Below are positions 48,961-62,799 of a stretch of DNA of 64,000 nt, piece by piece. A program made the translations under genes and the position numbers. How positions within the stretch are numbered: the first letter of the stretch is position 1; each line of letters opens with the position of its first letter. The DNA comes from the human T2T-CHM13v2.0 reference genome, Homo sapiens, in assembly GCF_009914755.1 (NCBI RefSeq), contig NC_060927.1; one strand, given 5' to 3'. The notes under the pieces are model-generated. The model was given only the letters and a program-made list of their open reading frames with translations. It searched no databases and had not been told where the DNA came from.

Positions 48961-51252
48961 ATCTCTTTAATTATGATGATAGGTTGGTCTTAGCAAATAA
49001 TAATGATGCTCTTCATTCTGACAGCACTTGCAGAACCCAGAAGTAATCTTGTAATTTGGACAAAGGATAGACTATGGTTATTCCTTGACAAGTTACAGGA
49101 CTTATACTAGATAATATGACATAGTTTTTAGCAAAAGAAGGACTGGCAGGATTAATCATTTGTTTGGGTTCAAATCATGGTTATATTATTTCCTGGTTAG
49201 GTGACCATAAAAAAAATTGCTTACCCTCTTCTAAGCCTCACTTTACTCACTTAAAAAATGGAAATACTGTGGTGCTACTTCATAGAGTGGCTCAGAGGGT
49301 TACATGTGACAATGCACGCACACACTGAAAACACCTACCACATACTACTTACTCACATGTTGGAGTAAGTGGTAGAATTGTCCCCACTTAGCTGTTAGTA
49401 AAGTGTAGGGTCAAATAAATTATATCACTTCACTTCAATTCCATCCAATCCAATTTATTTCAGTGACCGATTCTTGGCTACCCAGTAGGTAATCATGTTC
49501 TTGGTACACATATCTTGATTCCTACTCCTAGGTGGTTTTCATTACAAAGTTTTGTAGAATTTAGTGACAGATCTAGTTGCTCTATCACTAAACCCAAAGT
49601 CTTGCATTGAGGTGAGCAGCTCATGACATTAACACCTTATGTATCTCAGAGTGGCATTTACTGTTTTCCAAATGCACTTCTTCCTTTCTGCTGTTTCTCT
49701 CCACCATTGTCCTCTCCTCAAACCATGTTGGTCTTTCCTTCCTTTCTCTTCTATCTTTGGGATCTGTGCCTTAGGGCATCACTGGCATTCAGGAATCCAC
49801 AGGGCATTGCAAAACCCTGCTCAAAGCCCCTAAAACAAGAAATCAGTGACCCTTGGAATTCTCATTTCAACGAGTGTGGGTTTTGAAAGCCCCAAGATGA
49901 AAAAAGCTGTAAGATGGCCATCCCTGTGGGAAGGGGAGTGGATCGCAACTGAGAAATGAGTCAGAGCCAGCGCTGGAGAGTCTCTGGCCTGATAGCTAGG
50001 GATGAAATGCAACATTAAAAACCATCACAGAGATCTATAGCTGAGCTCTTCAGTGGCCTGCTGCTAGCTAAAAGGCTTCCACTTGACTGCTCTGGTTTGT
50101 GCAAGTTTGTTTAAGATGCATAATTCATAAAGGGTACATAGCACCACCCTTGAATAACTTTTCACTCCCTACCTGCTCAGAGGATTAGCTGGATTGACAA
50201 TGTCAGGAGATCACTCTTGAAATCTGACATTTCACCCTTTATGGCCTGGGAATGGCCATCAGCTACTCATCTCTTTACTCCGTGCTTGTCCCCATCAAAT
50301 ACCTGTATGTATTCCCTGGCAGATAAAGTTCTATCCTCCCTGCACGTAGTTCCAAATAGAGTCTCAAACAATAAGTGCATCTCAGAATCAAACCACATTT
50401 TAGTCCACCACTATTATATCAGGAAGCAGGAACTAACTTCCTCTGACTCTCTGTTTATTGCATAAAAAAGTGAGGGAGATTAAAAAGGTAGGGCGTAAAT
50501 TCAGCCCTGCTCCTAAGCACTTCTGTTCCAGCTGACACAAGCAAGAAAACGATCTCCTTAGGATCCATGAGATTGCCCCAGATTATTTGTCATCCCAATA
50601 CCTGCTGATGACATAATAGTCAATTTAAAGGTCATTTATGGTGCTCCTGCTAGGACTGATAAGGATCGACTGCACAATGGGGGTTATTCGGGGGAGGCAT
50701 TGTTAGCACTCTAACCTGCCCCAAATATCCCTTTCTTAGCACACTTTGATGACATTTTTTTCAGTGTGACAATAACAGCCTCTTTAAGACAATCCATCAA
50801 ACTAAGCTAGAAGACAAACATAACTTCATGCTCTGAAAAACTTTATGTTCTGGTTCAGCCAACAGTCATTACTACCAACCAGTATCCTGACTGTAGTTTA
50901 ATCTGATCAGTGTATTTCAACCTAGAAACAGGCCCAGTCCTCACTTCTTAGTCTAAAGTAAAAAGGGGTAAAAATGAAAATGTAGGATTAGCTATGGCTT
51001 ATGATCACCCACTATGCATCTAAGGAACTCAGCACATTATCCATCTAGATTACTCCTTAAAATAATCCTAAATGGTAGATTCTCTTATTATCCCCATTTT
51101 ACCTCAATTTTTTTATCTGTATAAAAAATTAAAATAATAGTACCAGTAGCAAAATAACATTGCCAATTACGACAATAACAACAGCCACCATATACTAAGT
51201 GTTTGCTATGAGCTGGACACTGTGAAAAGTCTCTTATCTTCATTGTTTCTTT

Positions 51253-51584
<332 letters not shown>

Positions 51585-52114
51585 TGACATGGACATCATT
51601 ATCATCGTCTTCATTCCTTCAGACAAGAAAATTAAGAGTTCGAAAAGTTATGCAACTTGCTGAAGAGCACACAGCTAGTAAGTTGCAGAAAGGACTGAAA
51701 GACCCTGTCTATTAAAACCAGACATTTGCCTGCCTAGAATGGCTCTCAGGAAAACTCATTACCAAAGTGTGAAGGGCAGAAACCACACTGAAGGAAATTC
51801 TGTATCAAATGCAGATTTTAGTTACTAAAAAAGACAAAAGGTGCTGAACTGCTTACAACCTATTTGGCTGCTTGCTTTATTTAATTAATTCCGCTAAACT
51901 CTATGGATTTAACCAATAGTAGTAGCCTGGCAGCTTTAACGCCTCCATGAACCTTCATTAACAGCAGTTGACCCTTGCCAAAAGGTGGAGTTTGGAGCAT
52001 TTGATGGGTTACAATCTTAAATGGGAACTGATTGAGCCTCCTTAAAGGAATTTTAAAAGCCAAGTGTGTGTGTAGGTACACACACACCTTTTCCAAGAGT
52101 TAGGTAAGGAGGGT

Positions 52115-52525
52115 GTTGTGCTGAACCCCTATTAGCCTCAATAAGGAAGATACCAAGTTCACAAGGCTGAGGAAGAGACCCACAGCCCGCAAGGGAGACA
52201 TGGGCTTTCGTTTGGGGACTCCATGCAGGGAGTGGCAGTGGGCTGGACAGGAGAACCGCCTTCCCTACAGTCCAGAGGTGGCAGGCTAGGCAGGAAAACA
52301 GTAACCACTAACAAACGGCATGCAGTTTATATAGCATTTTACCTTAACTTCCCTTTAATGAGCGCCACCTGAGGGGGTCGCTCAGCTGTTCTTTATGGAC
52401 AAGGAATAACTCTCCGTGTTGGCCATGCCCAGGATTCACTAGCTGGAAACACACATTCAGGTGCATCTGCCATACAAGGTCATTCTTAGAGGGTGAAGTT
52501 ATTGCTGTCAGGTGTGCTTATCCTA
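52115..52525 (-). mobile_element. ERV solo LTR (ERVL-class, possibly LTR32-like)
   Basis: GC-rich ~410 bp block starting TGTTGTGCTGAACCCC; antisense TATA (TTTATATA); CACACATTCAGGTGCATCTGCCATACAAGGTCATTCT..TTATTGCTGTCAGGTG. Confidence 0.6.
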
Positions 52526-54303
52526 GGGTAGGTTTCCCTAGCTAATTTGAATACATTTTCTTTATGCATAGCTGCCACTTATTGATGAGTTACTCATTGG
52601 CAGCCACTGAATTTAGAAATACTCTATATACATTGTTGTATTTAACCCTCAAGACAGCCCTAGAAGACAGATGACCTTATTACTCGCAAATTTACCTGTT
52701 TTGGGGGCTCTTCAAGTTTTTTTTCTAAAAATTGTCAAAGGTTATAAAGGCACCTCTAAAAATTATATTGCTTGTATGAGCTGAGCACATGGACCCTTGA
52801 TTGCTCTCCAGCCTCCCAGATGGCTGTGGCTCTTGAAAAGGGTTTACTGAGAGTAGGCTGATGGGGAGAATAATTAGACAAGAACCAGCAGTTTCAGACA
52901 GACACATCTTTTGGCTGGTGCCCAAACCAACAGTTGTTTTCACTGAATGAAATCACTTAGAAAACACTTGATACCTGAATTTAGTCAATCCTATTTGGGG
53001 GCATGTCCCCAGTCTCAACCCTTGCTGACACAGCCTGCTCCATTTTCAGAATACTGTGGGGACTTTGAGGCCTCTGGCCCTAAGTTAAACCTTATTTCAG
53101 GCATTGGAACTTCACAAGCCATTCATTCTCCTATCTTTGGTTTTCTCATCTGTGCAGTGGGATGATTATTATAGTCATAATAACAGACACTTTGTGTGCT
53201 TAGTAAGTGCTGGTTCTAAGTGCTTTACGTGCATTGCCTTTTATACTGCTCAAAGGCTTTACATTTATTGCCTAATTTAAATGTCACAACAGACCTATGA
53301 AGGAGGATCTAAACCAGGTGGACTGAATCTAAATTTCACCATTGTGTTCACTACCTATCCCTGGAGTTCTCCAGCCAAAGTGTGTATCAGAATCACGTGG
53401 AGGGCTGATGTCTCAGTAACTATGCATTGATCTGACCCAAGGCCATGGCAGCATATGTAAGGATGGCAATAAAGTTTAAGAGTTTGCAAATAAGGACAGC
53501 AGTTTATCCAAATCACAGAAATAAACATGACTTCAAAAAGCAGACAGGTGAGTATTTAAAGCTGTGGCTGAACCTAATGTACAAAAATAGACCTAAACGA
53601 ATGCTTCTCGTACTACATCTTACCAGCAAACTCTGGCTGAAATACATATTCATGAATCTGTTGGTCTGGAATATCTCAGACTGAACTAGCAAATTTGGCA
53701 TATGTCCAGTGTTCTTATATTCAGCACAGGTTTATTTTTGCCCCGAGGAATAAATATGATTTTTGACACTAAGCTTCGCCACTAATAATTGGGATATTAA
53801 CCTAATTCTATTAGGATAGCTTTTCGACTGAGAGGGGGTTAGTGACATTTCATGTGTGAATCATGAGTAATTATGTCATTTATATAAAGACTACCCTCTC
53901 ACCTCATCTCACCTGCAGCCTAAAGAGCAGATTTCTGACTGGAACACTTCCCACAGCTATGAATCCTAATCCTTGTAACACGAACACTAACTCATGAGTT
54001 ACACATGTGAAAGCACTGAGTGCTTTCACAGTGGCAGGCACTGTCCTGAGTGCCTTACATCTCATCTCCTCCTAACTAGAAATATTAAGAAAGTAGTCGC
54101 TGTGATGATTAATTTCTATTTCACAGATCATAAAATTGTGAAATAGAATTGATACACAGCTAATAAATGTCTGAACTAGATTCTGATGCAGAGACTGAAA
54201 GATTCTAGAATGCATGATTTTAACTACTTCACTGGCTTCCATTTGTGTTTTCATTGTCCTGTTGATTATATCTTAACTAGAAATAACGGTAAAAGTAAAC
54301 ATT

Positions 54304-54595
54304 GGCTGGGCGCAATGGCTCAGGCATGTAATCCCAGCGTTTTGGGAGGCCGAGGTGGGCAGATCATTTGAGGTTAGGAGCTCGAGACCAGTTTGGCCAA
54401 CATGGCAAAACCACGTCTCTACTAGAAATACAAAAAAATTAGCTGGGCGTGGTAGCACATGCCTGTAATCTCTGTACTTGTGAAGCTGTGGCAGGAGAAT
54501 CGCTTGAACCTCCAAGGTGGAGGTTGCAGTGAGATTGCACCACTGCACTCCAGCCTGGGCAACAGAGCGAGACACCGTCTCAAGAAAAAAAAAAA
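54304..54595 (+). mobile_element. AluS (Sx/Sz-like)
   Basis: Full dimer; TSD AAAAGTWAACATT at 54291-303 and 54592-604. Confidence 0.95.
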
Positions 54596-55159
54596 GTTAA
54601 CATTTGTTGCACTCTTTTTATGTGCTTCCTCCCAATGTGCCAGGCAGTTTCTCAGTTAATATTTTATCAATATCCCCATTTTCCAGGTGAGGGATCTAAG
54701 GTTTTCAGGGGTTAAACAGCTAGAAAGCAGTAGAGCTGGCATTCTAACTGCTTGAATAATACATAGTGGGAGTTAAAATTCAAAGGTCATCCAACGTGAG
54801 GCAGTATTCCTATCCTCTTGACAGGGGCACTATTATTAGAAATGGAACAATGTTGGAGGTTCAATGGTCGGCAATGCATAAAACCCACATTTTTGCCCTT
54901 TCCGTAGGTTAAAGCACTTTATGAAATTTTCCCCCCAGTTTTATGGCTTTAAAGAACATCGGTTAGTTGAGTAACCTTGGCATAGTATTAATGAATAAAG
55001 GCATTTTTGCATTATAAATTATATGCAGAAACTTACCCTCTTAGAAACAGGCAGCTTTTATAATGTCCAAATTTTTGTTTTCAAGTGTCCAAATAGACTA
55101 TGCTCAAATGGGGTATTCCCAGGCCTCAGTCCTCTTCTTTGAGCTCCCCAGAGACATAC

Positions 55160-55605
55160 ATTCCAGCAGGCAGGTGTTAACCAGCCCACCCACCCACTGC
55201 CACTGCTGATTGGGTCAGAGATGACATCTGACTCAAGGTGGGGCAATCAGGGCTCTCTTTCTGGAATTCTGAATTCACTATCTGGTAGAATAGAAACGAG
55301 GAAAATGTAAAGGTTATCATGCAACCATGTCTGTTTGTACAAACAGATGGGAAAAGCCAATCTACAGGGAGATAAGCGGCAGATACATAAAATGAGGTAA
55401 AAATAAGAGAATTTGTAGCCCCAGAAGAGAAAACGGCTGTCTAATTTCTAGTTCCAATTCCTTACTCTGCCTAAGATGCATTTCTGGACTTGAAAGACAT
55501 CTCAGTGTACTTATGATAAAGCCTCCTATCCCGCCTTTCAAAGACTTAATCTAGTTTAAGTGGGTTTGTATTAGTTAACACTAACAGAGCCTTGAGTAGG
55601 GCACA
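55160..55605 (+). mobile_element. Old MLT1 (J/K/L-like) LTR
   Basis: TGATTGGGTCAGAGATGACATCTGACTCAAG..CTTAATCTAGTTTAAGTGGGTTT. Confidence 0.5.
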
Positions 55606-55769
55606 ATCTAGATGAATTCATAGGCAATTAGTTCTTAAATAAAGCAAGCAGAATTCCCTAAAATTAGCTCAAGAGAAACCAATTTTATTGCTTTGTCTCC
55701 TATTTAAGTCCCAAAAGAATTGTCTCAAAATGGGAATACCTTGTTCTTTAATGTTAAAATATAAACAAA

Positions 55770-56240
55770 GGTCATGGGTTTGAGATCTTCACAACTAGAC
55801 CCCAAAACAAGGATTTGAGTGCAAGTAATGTAGTTTGGAGGTCAATCTAGGAAGCACCAGTAGGGGAGGGAAGAAATAAGACAAGAAAGATGAGGAAGAC
55901 AATAAAGGATGTGTTATTGAGCCAGTTTCCTGCAACTGGGAACTTAATTCCTTGGAGAACTCTGAGAATCAGCGTAGACCATGTGTCTCAAAGTCATCCC
56001 ACCCAAGGCGTGCTGAAGCTAGGGTGTTTATACACTAACTCCCATCAGAGGTTGGTTGAGGGATACTAGGAGGGAGCATGCATTTCCAGCCTGCTGCTTG
56101 GTGGTCTGCCATGCTCCCATGGCCAGAGAGATCCCTCAGGGAAAAGAATGCAGGTACAGGAACTGGAAGTCCTGGAGGGATGCAGTGAAGTGGTAAAAGC
56201 AAGTGTACACGAGTGAGATGCCCACAGAATCTGCTGCTGG
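55770..56240 (-). mobile_element. LTR16-like ERVL LTR
   Basis: ACAAGGATTTGAGTGCAAGTA..AGGAAGCACCAGTAGGGGAG..AATAAAGGATGTGTTATTGAGCCAG. Confidence 0.65.
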
Positions 56241-58329
56241 TTCATGTAGAAAAATAATAGTGAGGAAACACTTTGAACTATCTATGCAATAAGAAGTTTA
56301 TTCTAGTTTACTTATTAGAAATTACTGATTAACTAAAATTGGTAGTTTTCAGTATGTTGTTCCTTGCCAATTCTTTGTTCTCAGAGAGTTCTCTTTCCAT
56401 TAAAAAATGGGATTGGGCAAGAAATGTGGACTGTGGGGTCTTCTGACTCATTTAAATGAGCTCCAACAAATATATTTTTGACTCACAGCTAGAGCTGGAG
56501 GAAACAGTTCCTAGTGTCCCCCTGTGTTCACCTCCTCTTTCAGGTCTCATTGCTGGAAGGAAGGGGATCTGTTGAAAAATATCCCCCCACAGAATGTTGA
56601 AGTAATTATTTAAAGGATCTACTGACAGGGCTGCAAATCTTCATGTGCATTGTGCATAAATGGAGTGGTAGAGTGTTCAACAGGCTCATGGTAGGAGTCA
56701 GGGGTTGCCCAAAGATTGGCAATTGTTCTAACTACCCCTTTGAAGAAACATGGGAAGCAATCCTTTACTTGGTGCTTACAGAGGCTAAACAAGAAGAGAA
56801 GGGGGGTAGGCAGGGCTCTGAAATTATCCTTGAGAAAGGAAGTGGCAGCTGATGTGGATTTTGTGTGCTTCACTAAGCTTAGGTCAGACTCAGTGAGGGC
56901 CATCAGTCAATAGGCATTGGACCAACTGGAGGTGATTTATAGAGTAGTTTACTCCTGCATTTCTCTGCTGCTCCAAGTCATAACTCCTCTCAAACTCCAT
57001 TAAAGTCCTATCCCTTCAGCACCCCTAGCCCTTCCTCTATCCCAACTCCACCACTCCTGGTCTCTGGTGATTCCTTTTGTATATGAACTTATATAGCATC
57101 TGACCTAAATGCTCTTCTATATGTAACTTTTCCTACATGTATGCTAATCACTCTACTATTCACGGGTAGTTTGGGGTAGAGATACAAGTAAGCAGTTTTA
57201 GCAGCACTCCTAGAAAAAAAACAACAGAAGTAAGCAGAGGTGGAAATATAGAGTAGAGAAAAGAAAAGTGTATTTTTTTCCCCCATATTTTTCACTGTCT
57301 GTAGTTTAGTATTCTGCAATATAGCATGGTGGTAAGGCATGGAGCTGAAGTCAGTTTTGATTTTGCATCTCAGCTGCAACAATGATTTGAAGCTTAACCT
57401 GTCTAGCCCTCAGCTTCCCCATTTGTAAAATAAAAATCATACACTAGTAGACTAAACTAGATTTGGCATTAAATGCATGGGATATAATATTTAATAGGTT
57501 TACATTGCCTTTGTTATTATCATTCTCCTGTGTCCACCTTTGTCTCTTACAGCATTTACCCATTAACCCTCATCGTCATCATGGCAGCTAATGCTTAGAG
57601 GCCACAAAATGATCCAGGTATTCATCTAAGTATTTTATAAATATTAACTTGTTTAATCTCCATACTCTTACAGAGAGTGTTTTTATGCCCATTTCACAGA
57701 TTAGGAAACAGGCATGTTAAGTGATTTGGTCAAGATCATATAGTCAGAAATTGGCTAAGCCAGTGTTTGAACCAGACAGCCAGGCTCCAGATTCTGTGCT
57801 TAACCACCATTCAGTGTCACTTCCTCTACAAATAGGCAGGAGGCCAGAATAGACTTTTAAAAGTCCACACACCCCAAATTATCCCTTCTGCATCACACAA
57901 GCTGTAAGATATAGACCAGGGTCAGGAAGGAATACCAGAGTCACCATGTTATTGAACATACTTTTCTGCCTACATATCCCAAGGGCTAAGATCCTGTTTC
58001 GGATCTTTTTCTATTCATCCCAACAATTTACTCAACCTTGAGGCAAACCTCAGCTGGGAGAAAAATGAAATCAGCTCTTTGGGATGGCAGCATCAATTTT
58101 TAACTGCAACTGTCACTGAGTATTAGAGTTGCAAAGCCTTGGGAAATGTTGATCAGGCATGGGTTCCTTGTGTGCCATGGGGCTGTGAAATCAGTCTAAG
58201 GTTTCAAAACATAAACCAGTCTTTTTTCGTCTTGATTTTTTTTTCTTTCTCCATTCTGAAGGAGCCATCCAATATACATGGCTCCTTGAGCCCAGATATG
58301 AAACAGAACTGTTTTCATCATTCTGCACT

Positions 58330-58940
58330 ATAGTCAAGGTCCAGTCAGAAGACAGAAACCTCATTGACTAATTGAATGGGAAAATTTTAAGGTCATTAAC
58401 TACTAAAAAGGGCAAAAGAGAACTCCAAGGAACTCAGACACAGTAGGAACAAAAAGGCAGCTGCTCCTTCCAGGCTGAGGAGGAGTGGGCAACCAGGAAC
58501 AAAGGGCCGGGAGCCCCTTTCCCAGGGGCAAGACTCAGCCCTCCTTGCAGAGGGCGTGGTGCTACAGAACATGCAGTCTGCCAAAGAAGAAGAAACTTGC
58601 CAGAGAGCACAGACCTGCACTGGCCTGACCTGCATGGTCAGGCTCAGGTGGGTGGAAGTTGCTTGGAAGCAGCTACACAGTTGAGAGTGGTCTGTGGACT
58701 CCACTGGAGCTGAGCCCTACAGGCCATCAGCTCCTACAATGATTAATAAATAATAGAAGACACAAACTCAGAAGGGAAGAGTCTTCACACTCTATAGCCT
58801 TGCAGGGTCATTCCGCTGTCCTCTTTTGACAAAGACCAAGATTCAGCCAGCTGGCAAAGGGGATGTTTACAGGGTCCCTCGGCAGTATCACAAAGACGGG
58901 CAATTTGGAGCTGAGAGACAATAAATTGGTAAGTAGAATA
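58330..58940 (-). mobile_element. LTR50/LTR41-like ERVL LTR
   Basis: AGTCAAGGTCCAGTCAGAAGACAGAAACC..CCAGCTGGCAAAGG..ATGTTTACAGGGTCC..GAGCTGAGAGACAATAAATTG. Confidence 0.6.
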
Positions 58941-59729
58941 TGGGCATATATGAAGCTGTCAGACCATGGATAATATTATCATTACTAGCATACTATTACA
59001 CTTAATCTTTTTGACAGTATCCCTGTCGATTTCAGTCTCTTTAGAAGTAAGGCATTAGCCCCAGAGTTAGGTAGAATATGTGTGCTAATTTATTCATCTG
59101 GCACCATCATTTAAATCGTACAATTGTGTATGTGTGTGAGTGTGTATAAAACTGATGCTCTATGAAGGTGTTCTGTCAATTCTGTGAAACAATGACTTTG
59201 TTTCATTCATCATTATATCCCTAATGCTTGGTATAATGCTCTGCACACCAGACACTCCATGAATATTATCGAATGAATTCATGAGTGAATGAACGAAACA
59301 GTAAACAGGGCTTGGCTTATCCTGTGGCATATCCTGTACTGTATCACTGAGTAACTCAGGAGGCTACAACTACCCCAGTTTGGAAATCAATGGACAAAGT
59401 ATTGGCTGATAGTGTAGAGTTAGGAACATGCAGCTTCATATGTCAGGACCTCCTGAATTATCACCATGGCCACCTAATTTTTCTTAGACTGCAAACATCT
59501 CTAGCCAAACCTGGAAAAGTGTCTCCTGGTACATGGCTCATGAATACTCTTTCCCCAGCATTTCTCATGGCTGGATGGAACTGAAACATCACAGCTCCAG
59601 AAAAGCCTCCCCTGACCACCTTACCTAAAGTGGCCTCTCCATCCTACTCCTCAAGTCATTCTTTATCATGGTGACTCCCAAACTTTGCTGCCCATTAGAG
59701 TCACCTGGGGATCTTTTTAAAAGCCCCAT

Positions 59730-61130
59730 TAAAGTAAGCGAGACTACAGCACTAGTATAAGGCTACATACATACGTATATGAAACAGAATTGAGAGTCCA
59801 GAAATAAACCGTTACATTTATAATCAATTAATTTTAGACACAGAAGGCAATATAAGTCAAAGGGAAAGGGATATTCTTGTCAACAAATGGTGCTGAGACA
59901 AGTGGATATTCACAAGCAAAGTGATCAGTTTAGACCCTTACCTCATACCATACACAAACATTAACTCAAATAGATCACAAACCTAGATGAAAATGTAATA
60001 CTACAGAATGTTTAGAAGAAAACATAGAAGAAAATGTTTGTCACCTTGGATTAGGCAAAAAGTTTTTAGATATGACACTAAAAGTCAAAGTATAGAAGAA
60101 AAAGTCAATAAATTGGACATCATCAAAAGTGAAAGGTTGTACTTCAAAAGATATTTTTAATAAAATGAAAAGAGAAGCCATAAACTGGGAGAAAATATTT
60201 CCAAAGTATATATCTTATTAAAGATATCCAGAATGTATGAAGAGCTCTTACAATTCAACAAGACGACAAACAACAAAGTTAAAAATGGGCAAAAGATCTG
60301 AATAGACATTTTACCAAATATGATGGATGAATGGCTTATAAGCACATGAAAAGATGCTCGACATCATTAGACATTATGGAAGTGCCAATAAAAAACAACG
60401 AGATACCAGTTTACACCCTCAAAGATGGTTACAGTCACAACATCAGACATTGAGTTTTGGTGGAAATGTGGAGAAACCCTTCATACATCACTGATGGGAA
60501 TGTAAAATAATGCCACTTAAAAAAACAGTTTGGCAGTTTCTTAAAGAGCTACCCATGGAGTTGCCATATGACCCAGAAAACCCACTCTTAAGTCTCTAAC
60601 CAACACAGATAAAAATACATTCCCATGTAAAGATTTGTATGTGAACAGTCAAAGAAACATTATTTACCAAAAAGTGGAGACAACTCTGATGTCAGCCAAC
60701 TGGTGAATGGTTAGACAAAATGTAATCTACTTATACCACACAATCAATGAAGGAATAAGGAAGAATGAAGTAATAATACATGTTACAACAAGGATGAACC
60801 TCAAAAACATCATGCTAATAAAAAAATCAGGCATGAAGACCACATATTATATAATTTCATTTATATGAAATGTCCAGAAAAGGCAAATCTGTGGAGAAAT
60901 AAAGTAGATTGGTGGTTGCCTGGGGCTGATGGTGAGAACTGAGATTAATTGCATATGAGTTCAGTAGATGTTTTGAGGATAATGAAAAGTGTTCTAAATC
61001 TGGATTGTGGTAATGGTGGCAAAATTACAGACACACTAAAAATTATTTACTTGTACACATAAAATGTATAATAAGATAGATGGATTTACGATATGTAATT
61101 TACACCCAATAAAGCAGTTTTAAAAAAATT
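59730..61130 (+). mobile_element. L1MB 3' portion (ORF2 end and 3'UTR), inserted into a MER5
   Basis: AACAGAATTGAGAGTCCAGAAATAAACC..CAACAAATGGTGCTG..AATGTCCAGAAAAGGCAAATC..CAATAAAGCAGTTTTAAAAAAA. Confidence 0.88.
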
Positions 61131-61143
61131 GCCAATACCCAGG

Positions 61144-61723
61144 TATATTAGGGTTCTCCAGAGAGAGAGAACCAATAGCGTATATGTATACATAAAAGGG
61201 AGTTTATTAGGAACAGTTGGCTCCCATGATTACAAGGCGAAGTCCTACAATAGGTGGTCTGCAACCTGGGGAAAGAGAAGCTGATAGTGGCTCAGTCCAA
61301 GTCTGAAAGCCTCAAAACCAAGGAAGCCGAGAGTGCAGCCCTTAGTCTGCGGGTGAAGGCCTGAAAGCCCTTGGGGTGGACACTGGTGCAAGTCCCAGAG
61401 TCCGAAGGCTGAAGAACTTGGAGTCTGATATCGAATGGCAGGGGGAACAGAAGCAAGGATCCAGTACCGGAAAGGAAAAAGAGCCAGAAGACTCAGAAAG
61501 CAAGCTTATCCCACATTTTCCTGCCTATTTTGACCTAGGTATGCTGGCAGCCCAAGAGAATGGCACCCACCCACATGCGGTGAGTCTTCCTCTCCCGCTC
61601 CACCAATTCTAATGTCAACCTGCTCCAGGAACAACCTCACAGACGCACCCAGAAACAATACTTCACCAGACATCTAGGCATCCCTCAACCCAGTCAGGTT
61701 GACACCTAATGTTAACTATCATG
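61144..61723 (-). mobile_element. MLT2B-like ERVL solo LTR
   Basis: TATATTAGGGTTCTCCAGAGAG...GTTGACACCTAATGTTAACTATCA; 5-bp TSD CCAGG at 61139-43 and 61724-28. Confidence 0.9.
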
Positions 61724-61842
61724 CCAGGATTCTCCCATTCAAATTAGACAAATATTGCTGGAGTAAAGTCAGGCATCAGTCATTTTTAAAGTTCCTCAGG
61801 TTCTGTTATGCACAGACCAGGTTGAGAACTACAGCCTATCAC

Positions 61843-62010
61843 CATACTATTCAAAATACGCTCCAAGGACCAGCAGCATCTGTATCCACCTGGGCCCTGA
61901 TTAGAAATGCAGAATCTCAGGCCCTATCCCAGGCCTACTGAATCAGAATATACATTTAAATAAGATCCTCACATGATCTAGATGCCAATTAAAATTTAAG
62001 AATCACTGCT
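61843..62010 (+). mobile_element. MER5A1
   Basis: GGACCAGCAGCATC..TTAGAAATGCAGAATCTCAGGCCC..CCTACTGAATCAGAAT..AAGAATCACTG. Confidence 0.85.
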
Positions 62011-62799
62011 GTATTACTTCGTATTTATCATAATCTTTTTAAATTTTTTTTTTACTTCTTTGCTGTCTACCACTAGGACCATGTGGTACAACTCCACAAA
62101 GAATGCAAAGTGAATAGTGCTTCAATCAAAATTCTGAGAAGGCAGGGTCCCTGAACACTACTTCTTCTTTATGCCTAGCAGAATTCCTGTCACAAAGCTG
62201 GTACTAAATTACACAATTGTTGAATAAATAAATAATTGTCACCCTCCACTCCATTTCCTTTTTTTAACCGTTAGACTCCTAGGAATAGTCAAGACCTAGA
62301 TGAAAAGTCTCCTTTGCCAACTCCCAGGGCAGAGTCAGTTCCCATCTCTGTGACCCTGCTGGTCATCAGGACAGCACTAGCAGTATCAGGAATCCTCCTC
62401 CCATAGAAAGGGCACCATTAACCAACGGAGTTGTGTTATCCAAAGGGCTGGATCTTTTCTGCACAAATTAATCAGTTAATGCATAGAAAGCATTCAACTA
62501 GTGATTGTGTTATAAGAGATCTGCTCAATATTACTGTGTGTCTACCTTATGGGGACACATTGGTAAACAAAAACTGTCATGGACCGTGTCCTATCTGGGA
62601 CTTATAATTCACTGTGGGAAATGGATAGTAACCACTCAAAGATGTTGGCCATCTTAGCATGTTATCAAATGCCAGTCTTCTCATTTCTGAGAAGGTCTTT
62701 CATCCACCAAGTCTTTGTGTAGTTTTGCTTTTTGTGTGCTTCCTGATAATGCAAGGCATAATCTCAGCATGTAATTTACACAGCCTCCCTACTGCATGG

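Larger units (their letters stand above)
59668..61835. mobile_element. MER5-family host split into three pieces (59668-59722, ~61128-61143, 61724-61835)
   Basis: CTCCCAAACTTTGCTGCCCATTAGAGTCACCTGGGGATCTTTTTAAAA | CCAATACCCAGG | ..GGCATCAGTCATTTTTAAAGTTCC..GGTTGAGAACTACAG. Confidence 0.65.
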
